Shown: positions 54,241 through 64,000 of the stretch, in pieces
Layout of the letters: every line of letters begins with the position of its first letter
Numbering within the stretch: position 1 is the stretch's first letter
Origin: Trichoplax adhaerens
Taxonomy: Eukaryota > Animalia > Placozoa
Direction of reading: 5' to 3'
Assembly: GCF_000150275.1 (NCBI RefSeq)
Contig: NW_002060957.1
Coordinates: forward strand, 1,352,445-1,416,444
DNA: 64,000 nucleotides
Translations under genes and position numbers: made by a program
Notes under the pieces: generated by a model
Databases searched by the model: none
What the model saw: only the letters and a program-made list of their open reading frames with translations
Told to the model about the DNA's origin: nothing

Positions 54241-55223
54241 GGCAAGTCTCGAAACGAGACATAAGACCAGTTTTTATAAATGGAGCAGAAAGCTATACAG
54301 TTTCTAATTGGCTGCAGATAATCATTAACTTTACAAACTACTTCATTAAAGTGATTTTTTAAAGAGCAACTGTTGTCATTAAAACTCAGAGCTTAGTCCG
54401 GGCTCATAAACAAGATTAGTGAAATCGATAATAGTCATTGAACTCATAAACTGCTGGATTAAAGTTAATGTAAAAGGGCTATTGCAGTGATTGAAAGGCG
54501 TGGTGTTGTTTTGGACCACTCAAAATATAAGTGGTGCATGGTCTTGCCCTGATTCAAAAGCACAGATTGATGACATCATTAAATCAATCAAACGTTGCAT
54601 AGCTCTAAATATATTTATGAAACGCTGTTACTATCTGTCTGACTATTACGCTTGTCGACATAATATTTCCACAAAAGATAGCGCCGCCATCATAAAGTTT
54701 CACGCCTAACTCAGAATGATTGAAAGACCATTTATTTATAACGAAAATCTCTGCAAAGAAAATTGCTTTCCAGCAAACACCATCTCACATGAGGTGGTAT
54801 ACGTATGCAGTAGGCTTATAGGCATACGTTAATGACACATGATAATCTGCCAAGTCTTCCACAGTGTGTGGTCATATTTTTCACATATGAAGGACCGTTA
54901 TACCATCAGTCGTTATTGATAATCCTGATAATTAATAGTTTTTTGAGGTAATCACAAATGTATACTTATTTGGTAGATAAAAGGTAATTTTCACTATAAT
55001 TGGTATTGATGTAACGCGGTGTGGGTAGCATACACGTATATGAATAAAGCGCAGTGAATTTTACAAGCAGTCAGACTACATTCGCACTCAAAAATATCTT
55101 GCTAACAACTTTAGTACAACCGCACGACGGCAATCAATACATGGTAATACCAAAGTATAAAATAAAATCCTAAAAGTTGATCTACGGGATCGATTTATTG
55201 TTTCTAATACAAAGTGGGGGATA

Positions 55224-57318
55224 TTATAGTCCATTATAAATTTGATGCGAGCTTGGTTGCTGCAGGACCTTCTTGATCGCTGTAATAGAATAATCAATAT
55301 CGCTTAACAAACAAGCGCAAAAAGCACAGATAAATTTCTAAATAGACAATATTACATTACGACATAAAATGCATCAAATCATAGCTAGTTGAAGTGAGAG
55401 TTGTTCACCTTCTTTATCCGCTGTCGTAAATTCACGATCTTTTGGGAAGTCTACATCAAATGTTATATACATTGATCCTTTGATATTGTTATTTTCGTAA
55501 TTTGGCATTCCCTCATTTTTTAAACGCATTCGCATTCCAGGCCACGTCACAGACTCTCGTTTCACTTGAACCTGGAAAGTGTTTATGCACAGTTTATATC
55601 ACCTTAGTAAGTTTATTATATCTGCAATAAGAAACAGGATATGAATCTTCATTTATAATTTAAAGTCCTACCTTATGATTGTCAAGATGATCGATATTCA
55701 TCGTGAAACCATTTAAGGCGTCCAATAGCGAAATGGTGATATTAGTGTATAAATCATCTCCGATACGTCGAAATTTCTTATGCCTTAATTCAATATTCAT
55801 TTGTTAATAATAATTTATGGCAACGAGACAGTACGCAAATTCAGGTAAAAATTTCGTCCTGTTGTACCTCATTTCACGAATACGGAACTTGAGATCTCCA
55901 GGTTCTCCATCAATATGAGGTTCACCTTTACCACGAAATTATCATTGCTTAGTTAAATACCGTGATAATTATCAACATAACTTGCAATGTAGGATTGAAA
56001 TCAAGCAGCTGTTGTATTACATAGATAATGTAAATTTTCTATAACGTTGAATTACCTTCCCCTATAAACGGATATTCATGGCCGTCTCGCATGCCTACTT
56101 CGACTTCTACTTCCAATACCTTATCTTCAGTTACAAATCTAAAAAATAGTTAAACCGACCGTTATAACAAAAGGTACAGACACATATGCACACCTAAGAT
56201 AATGATTGTAACTCACTTTACGTTAGGACATTCATCGCAAACTTCTTGATTAATCATCTGTTACCGGAAAACCAAAATTAAGTCAGTTATTTTGATTGTA
56301 TTACTTGACCAAATTACACACAATGGCATTATTCTATACCTGAAATTGACCAGGCCCTAACGGGATAGTTTTCATTTCCTGTCGGCAGTTGCATCTTCTC
56401 TTACCCGATGCTGGCTTAGCCACTGGCTTAGTACGGATAATCTATTGATGAAAATTATTTGGCTAGATGAAACTGAAGATCCACTAGTTTAATACTACAA
56501 CAGTAAAAAACGTGGTCTGATGCTATCAATAACTTTATGATAAAGATCAAACCTCGATAAAATCGCCATTATATAACTCTTCCAATGTGACATATAAATC
56601 CATAGTTAATGTACCACCTCGAGGGATTTCGCGATTTCCTTGCTGATTGTTGCCAAAATGAAAACCGCCGAATCCATCGAAACCACCAAAAAAGCTACAA
56701 AATAAAGATTGTTTAATAAATGGTGTTACCATATTCACATATAATGATTACCGGGTAATACTTGTGGTTAGGTTTATTGACAAGTGTGCTTGCTTCTAAT
56801 GTTTCGCATACCTAGAAAAAGGATCTCCGCCACCTTGGCCTAAATTCTGTAAGCCTTCTTCTCCACTTCTATCATAAGTTTTTCGTTTTTCTTCATCGGA
56901 TAAAACCTAATGAAAATTAGATATATGATAAGATACGAAGAAAACAAGAACTATCCAACTACTACATAGAAAGTGGGATAATTAATGTCATCCAAAGGTT
57001 GATGGTCCAACCTCGTACGCAGCATTGATATCTTGAAATTTATCCTGAGCTTTCGGATCATCCTTGTTCTTATCAGGATGATACTTTATTGCTAATTTTC
57101 GATATGCTTTCTTGACTTGCTTTAAAGTCGCATCGCGATCAACTCCTAAAATTTTATAGAAATCTCGCCTGCAAGTAACACAGTCATGTTAATTTTCTCT
57201 AATTTGCACATGGCTACCAAAGTGGAACCTCAAATCATAAAATGTCTTACCCAGCTAAAATTGGCAAGATGTATGACGCTATAAATATCAGTATAACCAA
57301 TTTGTGTATCTGAATCAT
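55224..57318 (-). CDS. DNAJB11: DnaJ homolog subfamily B member 11 (ERdj3), ER Hsp40 co-chaperone
   Basis: Signal peptide [23 protein letters not shown]; J domain [18 protein letters not shown]; G/F region; [13 protein letters not shown]; CNCRQEM..GPGQFQM..CDECPNV; [14 protein letters not shown]; C-terminus QIYNGL*. Multi-exon with short GT-AG introns. Confidence 0.95.
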
Positions 57319-58099
57319 GATGGATTCTCTACCAGTTCTATATCTATTTGCGGGGTAAGATTGTAAAAAATGTGAGATTTTTCGATTAAAACAAGTCATT
57401 GGTTAGGTCACGGTAGTTGTAAAATTTATTTTTTTGTGAGCTAAAGCAAAGATAGATCGAATCTGGACTACTACATTTATAAGCTATCCATTGAAGTATT
57501 TTAGTGTTTTGCTTCATTCATTAATGATTGTAATTACAGAATTATAGTACAGAGAGATATTACATGTATCATGCAGATTTTATAAAGAGCTATTGACGGT
57601 AAACTGGAAGAAGAAAATTTAAATGGATAAATGTCCGTATCAAAATAGGATTCATTCCTACGTTGATGTTTTAATCCATTCAGTCCATATTTTCAAATAT
57701 GTATAATTCGAGGCTGTATGGAGTCTTGAAGATTTCGGTTTTGCTAATACGTATTATATATAGCTTTATGGGAATGATACCGGAATTGAAAGACAATAAA
57801 ATGACTAAACACGCCAAAAATCACTTATAATTCAATCTACAACTAACGTAATATAAGACTACCGTACACAAGCCACTGAAGATTGAAGAGGTGATCTCTA
57901 GACCGTTTTATTAAGCTATTCCTCTAGTTTTATGAAGAAAATTACTTATTAACGCAATCTAAGAATGCAGCAGCGACCAAAGTGTTCATAGGCACTGAAA
58001 ATTGGAGAGCTGATTTCTATGCATTCTATCTTAAGCTATTTCTACAGGTTTTATATGAAATAAAGTCCATTGCACTATGAAGGTCAACCAAGCAGACAT

Positions 58100-59300
58100 T
58101 GCAAATTGGAAGGTTGATTCCTATACCTTCCATTTGCAGCTATCTTTAAAGGTACTAAGTAAACCATCGACTAATGGAATAGGAGGATGTAGTAGGCATT
58201 ACAGATTGGAGAGTTGCTTTTTATACCTTTCATCTCAAGCTATTGCCACAAGCTTATTTTGAAATAACAACTAAGGCAATATGGGAATACATCGGCCTAT
58301 CAAGAGTTCATTTGTGCATAGACCGTGTACATTAAGCGATAGATAAATGATTCCTTTTCAATTTCTGCCCCATGAAATATCTGGGGAATAGACGAGCAAT
58401 AGAGATAACCAATCTAAGTAACGACTACAGTATTGCTAATGTTTCATTTAGATATGACAATCAATGCTAGATGAGCCAATAATGATCGCAGACATGATGT
58501 GTCCATTTGTCAAGCGTCTATTCAAGCTATACTTTGTAGGCCAATAGAAGTTCATTTATGCTGACTGGGAGATATTGATTATCGATAAATTGCAGCAGCT
58601 GTAGTCACATCACTTTATGACATCGATAATACTTCAAAATCATCTCCAAATAGGCCTCTAGTCAGTGTAATCGGGTAGAATATTGCTCGGTTGCTATCAT
58701 GATCAGTAATACTGTAGTTCGTCTTGTAAGCTCTATCACCTCGAGAATGGGGACTTGGATTATGATCGTACACGTTACCAGGTCAACTGATACCTAGATC
58801 GTCATCAACAGACATGTCATCCACCGGATCAAAAATGTCAAGCCAATTTGGATATCATAGTACATTGCAAAAATCAACATTGGATGCTAATGTCATTGAG
58901 AATAGAGATAGACTCTCGTTTATAACTAGGCTAGGTTACCTGGTGCTGAAAATATTCAATCATTAGCACAAATTGACACCATTGTCATCCTACAATATTA
59001 TCCACTGCGATTTGAATATTGCCATTTCCCTTACCTGTAGTAATGGAGATTCCAATTTCGATTTCAGCAAAGGCAGAATATCACTCCTTGATTCTACGAC
59101 ACTCTTCAACGCTGGATCCAGTCGTTCCACACCGAATCGAACGGAGTTATATGGCAATATTCAGTCGTCGTCTCCAAGACACTGCAACTCTTCTTGCCTT
59201 TGGTTGATAATTTCCTCTCGTAGAATGTGCTGCTACGTAGAAGTTTTTACCTTTTAAGCCAATGACTGGCAAAAGTCATACGCAACGAATGACTCCATTA
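58100..59300 (-). pseudogene. Degenerate coding-like sequence of unknown identity
   Basis: Higher GC than its flanks. Stop-interrupted frames (HILREEIINQRQEELQCLGDDD*ILPYNSVRFGVERLDPALKSVVESRSDILPLLKSKLESPLLQ followed by a GTAAG donor; SNVDFCNVL*YPNWLDIFDPVDD..). Confidence 0.3.
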
Positions 59301-59907
59301 GGTCATGCAGTATGGACTTGAGGGAATGATTGAGCGAGTAGTACAGTATGTCTATTCCGATTATGAGAGGACATTACTCAAATGGCTTCATGTTACCCTA
59401 CAGTACTACGCACTGAAGAAGAGATACTCTCGTATGCTTTCTTACAGTACTGTGCTGGGTTGGACACAGTACCTTGCACTGTAGTCAGCCAACTATCCTA
59501 GGAGAAGATGTTCTAGCCAATCAGAACACTACACGTGAAATGTAAATGAGTTCACCAAGTCACCCACAGGCAAGTCAGTCACCTTCATCACCACGTATGG
59601 TATTACTGTCCTGTACACTGCATTACCTACCCGGTATGACCAATTGAACAATGGCCATGTCAGCAGAGGCTGCCTACATTAGCTTGCACTTGCATAGAGA
59701 ATGGCGAAGGACTGAGCAAAGTGAGAGTACTAAGCGAGTGGCAAATCACCAATGTAATAAGCATATACTGTACAGTATATCATGATATTGGTTGGTTAGA
59801 ATCAACTGGTATTGATAGTTTGGAAGGGGCATGGTACCGATCATCAATAGGGCTGAAATGTCAGAGCCGGACATTTTTACAGGTCATTTCACTCTAGCGT
59901 TTAGGCT

Positions 59908-60030
59908 ATTGTACTGTAAACATGAGTCTACAGTACTGTACTGTACAGTACTGTACTATACAGTATGAATACTGTAAGTGACTTACAGTACTGTACTTCT
60001 TTATAACAAGCACTGTACAGTACAGTACAC
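59908..60030. repeat. CAGTA/TACTG pentamer low-complexity tract
   Basis: Repeated cagta/tactg/tgtac units, e.g. acagtactgtactgtacagtactgtac. Confidence 0.75.
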
Positions 60031-60434
60031 TGGAGTTGTATGAGACGCCGTTTTCCGACTCCAAATCTGAACCGAAAATTGAAAAATCCAAAATTGGATT
60101 CGGATGACTCACAGTTGACAGTCTAAAAAGTTCTTACAGTACTGACAGTGCTGTGATCCTTCATGATGATTACAAGACTATAGCTGCAGCTGTTATACAG
60201 TACAAATACAAACAAATCTGATCGCAATATTTCCCCCCAAAATCGGATTCAGTTTATGGTCTAAATGGACAACATTTTCACTGCTGTCATCATTAACCCT
60301 TTCAAGTCGCGCAGCCGCTATCGCAGTTGCTCTTCGACTTCTTGTTGCCGTATGGAAACAATACAGTTTATACGATAAGCATTTAATATGTAATTAATGT
60401 TGGTCACAGCCTCACAGGAGCTGCAAGTGTTATG

Positions 60435-60719
60435 CTGTCCTGCGCAGTACTGGACAGTGGAGTGTACATTGTACACTTGGTTATGATACTGTACTGTACC
60501 ACTTCACAGATGAGGCTGAAAAGGTCTGTCCGTCCAAGAGTGATCAGTTCAGGTCTTCTTTAGATGCAACTGTGATACTGTCCTGCGCAGTCCTGGACAG
60601 CGTAGTGTAGTGTGCAATACAGGACACCTGGTCATCGTACTGTACTGTACTGTACCACTTTACAGAAATGAGGCCGAAAAGGTCTGTCCGTCCAAGAGTG
60701 ATCTGTTCAGGTCTTCTTT
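60435..60719. repeat. Two-copy direct repeat (~127 and ~142 bp) upstream of MCRS1
   Basis: ctgtcctgcgcagt.ctggacag...actgtactgtaccactt.acaga..tgaggc.gaaaaggtctgtccgtccaagagtgatc.gttcaggtcttcttt occurs at 60435-60561 and 60578-60719. Confidence 0.85.
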
Positions 60720-60727
60720 GACAAGTT

Positions 60728-60816
60728 TACAGTACGGTACAGACCGTACAGTACTCTACGGGTACTACAGTACTTTATACTGTACTGTACTGAACTGTAC
60801 TGTACTGTACTGTACA
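60728..60816. repeat. (TACTG)n pentamer microsatellite
   Basis: tactgtactgtactgaactgtactgtactgtactgtac. Confidence 0.8.
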
Positions 60817-60837
60817 ACACGAGTACGCGCACTCTGA

Positions 60838-60971
60838 CCGCGTGGCCAATGGAGATAGCGATCAAGTAGAACTGAGCATGTTCCGCATAGCTAGCGTTTC
60901 AAACAGTACCCTCTCTACTGGCAACACAAACGCGAGGCTAGTCATAAAGACTGCAAATCCCTGGATTGGAA
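60838..60971 (+). promoter_or_regulatory. Likely MCRS1 proximal promoter / 5' UTR
   Basis: CpG-richer stretch with a GGCCAATGG CCAAT box (~60844-60852), about 125 bp upstream of the ATG at 60972. Confidence 0.35.
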
Positions 60972-63840
60972 ATGGCGGACAATAAAGACCAATCACCTGG
61001 TAAGTTATTGATCGCTGTTAGGCTCTAAATACGACAAGTTATGGCATATTATCCTGATTTTGTTCTTGAAATATCAATAGTATTGATCGTGGAGATGCTC
61101 CATTTCCATTTACAGTTCATATTCTGTACAGAAGTACGTCAGTAAGGACAACACTTCATCAGCGATACTTTGCTCGCTTGTTCATCATAACTGAATGATT
61201 GACTTGACATTCATTTCGATCTTGTATCCAAATTGAACACGATTGAAGTTATAGCATGTAGCTTTCAATCAATTTAGTCATAACAAGACGTAGTATCGCC
61301 AGTATAAGGAGCATTGGATGTCCAAAAAATAAATTGTAGCATATCATCTAGCTTGGTGTTTCTTGCGCTTGAGACGGATGTTGATTGTATGACAAGATTG
61401 CTAGGGGTACAGTCAATGACGATGATGATACTTGATTAAAAATAATAATTTTCATATAGTGGTGGACAAAGATAGTGACAAGCTTGAACAAGAAGCGACT
61501 CCATCGTCTGGACAAAGCAAAGATGACGATGGTAATAAACATGCATCCCGAGCGCCGAGGAGGAGTTCTTCTCGATCGATTAAACGTAAAAAGTTTGATG
61601 ATGAATTGGTTGAAAGTAGCCTAAAAAAGACTGCTAAGAAAATCGCCTCAGCCAATGAAATAGCTGCAATACCTCAAGTTGTGATCAAAGATAAAAAGGT
61701 ACTGATCGTCTCTATTAATAATAATATTCACGATCCTATTGCACCATGCAGGTCCCATAGTAGCGATACGATAATAAACGAAATTAGCGAATGATGAAAA
61801 TATACATCATAATTAACTTGATATCTTTTATAGGTTAGCAAACCTGCTGGCAAAAAGCAACGAAAAGGAAGGGTAATCATGCTTGCGATAACAAATAAGG
61901 CTCAATCATCATCTCCATATTGATACTACTGACAACAAATCATTAATCAATGTTTATAGCAATCCAAAGCAATGAAAAACTTAGGCAGATGGAAACCAGC
62001 CGATGATTTGGCTCTGATTAGTGCTGTACAGCAGGTTAACCTTAAAAAATGTCCAGTCTTCTAGAAAATGCCTACAAGTCGTTTAAGTGCATCCTACTGT
62101 TGCATAGAAATAAATAGTTTTAACTTTGATCTTCCTATTTTATCTAGACCAATGATTTAGCAGCGGTACATTTAGCTGTCAAATTTTCTTGTCGATTTAC
62201 ATTAAGAGACATCGAGGAGCGATGGTATTCGCTATTATATGATCCAGTCATTTCAAAGTACGCCTAATGTTGAACACAATCGTCTATTTGTAATCTTACC
62301 TTGACAAATGGTCATTAATGGACATATGTACCATATCCAGTTTTTCTTACAGTCCAAATTTTTTGAACAGGTTGGCTATTTCCGCTATTAAACCTTTACA
62401 TCCAGATACTATTGCTGCTGCTCAAAATAATGCCTTATGGAGCAAAGAAGAACAACAACTACTGGGTGGCATAACATCGGTATATTAACTAGCTTTTCAC
62501 GCGTTGTGTCTTGGTCGCATAATGGATGCTTATGTAGCCACTCGTACTAACACCATGTTTGTATTATGTAGGTTAATTCACCATCATTAGATGTCTTTAA
62601 GCAAATGTTAATGGACAATGCAGATACATTTCATACTAGCCGAACACCCAAAACTTTATATAATCATTGGTTGTTGATGAGGCAGTATCGCCTTTTGCCT
62701 GATCAGTTAGGTGAATAAGCTCTTATTTACTCCTATGAAATAGTCAAAGTTAGAACGAGACTTATAAGTACTTAATGAGAAGGAGGGACAAGCAACTGAT
62801 ACTGTAATATGTTTCTTTCATAGTTGAACTCTCTGGTAAACGCGAAACAATATCATTTTCTGATGTGGAAAGGGAACTTGATGATGAGGAGCTGACGTAA
62901 GTAGAAGGTCCATTTTTATTTGGCCGCTAAACTAATTCAATGTGCATGATATTAATTTATCTCATTGTTACTCAACAGTGAAAATCGTGATGAAATTTTA
63001 GATAACGGTTTGTTTTGGATTATTTCTAATGTCTCTTGATAGTCCTGCTTCATGATAGGACATTTTAATTAAACATGTACTATTTTTACTAATGTATAGA
63101 AATAGCCATAGCCCATCGAAAAAGCAAATTACAAATTAAAAAATTAGAAACGGAATTGCCAAAATGGCAAGAAATACTAGACAAGATCTATGACGATGGT
63201 AAACGACTACTTCTTTAATGCGTATTACATTTAATTGCTAAGTGTCTTTAGTAATAGTCTTAACGTAATGCCTCCTAGATACGCCAACATTCGATTTCGA
63301 TAGCGATACACTAGCTGTTTTACGAGGACGTTTGGTTCGCTATTTTATTCGAAAGAAAGAGGTAATTTCTATTAGCATATTTACGCAATGAAATAATAAC
63401 TCAACTTTCTAACATGTGCTATATCAATAAATAGGTGACATTTGGACGTGCTGCTACCGATGGCGATATTGACATAGATTTATCCATTGAAGGACCTGCT
63501 TGGAAAGTATCTAGGCTACACGGCTACATAAAATTAAAGCCAGATGGCACTTTCCATGTCAAAAATGAAGGCAGAAGGCCGGTCTATATTGATGGCAAGC
63601 CTGTAACAACTGGTTCACGTTCAACGCTTCCAAACAATTGTACATTCGAGGTAAATATTGTTCAAACCAAACAATATTGCTGTATAAAAAATTTATTTAT
63701 CGATTCGCCGGAAATCATAGGTACCGTGATTAACTCGATAATTAATGTATCATTACTGTTATTAGGTATGCGGCTTGAAATTTATTTTCTTAATCAGTAA
63801 AACGACTGTAGCGAAGGCATGTAATGACCCTGGGCAGTAG
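60972..63840 (+). CDS. MCRS1: Microspherule protein 1 (MCRS1/MSP58; NSL and INO80 complexes), C-terminal FHA domain
   Basis: RRSSSRSIKRKKFDDELVESS; LGRWKPADDLALISAVQQTNDL..VKFSCRFTL..ERWYSLLYDP; TLAVLRGRLVRY; FHA region VTFGRAA..IDIDLSIEGPAWKVSR. Last exon 63766-63840 reads VCGLKFIFLI..GQ*. Confidence 0.95.
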
Positions 63841-64000
63841 TCGTTACTACCCAATAGCAGCTTCTTGTGGAGGCATTTGTGTCGCAAAGTCAGTGGTGTA
63901 TTTGCGGTGAATTACAAGCAGTTATTAGTCCCTTGTCAGAAAGTTAAAAAGTCCCTTCATAAAATCTAATCGATTCAATCTGGTCCTAGTGTTCTATTTG

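Noticed and set aside
60500-60690. Hammerhead-ribozyme-like string (ATGAGGCCGAAAAGGTC) in the direct repeat
   Set aside because: The CUGANGA core is not intact (CAGATGA / AAATGA) and there is no room for stem II or stem III.
59906-60837. ORFs rich in YCTV/LYCT (59906-60112, 60610-60837)
   Set aside because: They are translations of the TACTG pentamer repeat.
61348-61655. Minus-strand ORFs overlapping MCRS1 exon 2
   Set aside because: They are antisense shadows of the real MCRS1 coding exon.
1-64000. Prokaryotic systems (CRISPR arrays, operons, rRNA/tRNA)
   Set aside because: The sequence is intron-containing animal DNA. I saw no regularly spaced repeat-spacer array or recognisable RNA gene.

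Overview
AT-rich eukaryotic (animal) genomic DNA with short GT-AG introns. Compact gene style, low GC and CAGTA pentamer repeats suggest a placozoan (Trichoplax-like); this is an inference, not proven. The right end holds two conserved housekeeping genes in divergent orientation: DNAJB11/ERdj3 (minus, 55224-57318) and MCRS1/MSP58 (plus, 60972-63840). The first ~54 kb is a minus-strand tandem array of a fast-evolving receptor family that I rebuilt exon by exon. Each member has a signal-peptide exon, a Cys micro-exon and one or more ~200-aa modules of two fibronectin type III (FN3)-like domains. The first domain (D1) carries W-x-P, Y-x-I-x-Y and a C-x7-C pair, as in class II cytokine receptors (interferon/IL-10 receptors, tissue factor). 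Two members (29215-34678, 39351-46850) are complete single-pass receptors with long Tyr-motif tails. One (51-6693) has two modules and no visible transmembrane (TM) helix. One (16427-20183) has two modules plus a truncated third. Decayed exons and pseudogene remnants lie between them. The array also contains at least two families of 0.45-0.63 kb TG...CA elements with 5-bp target-site duplications (TSDs), which look like solo LTRs or MITEs.
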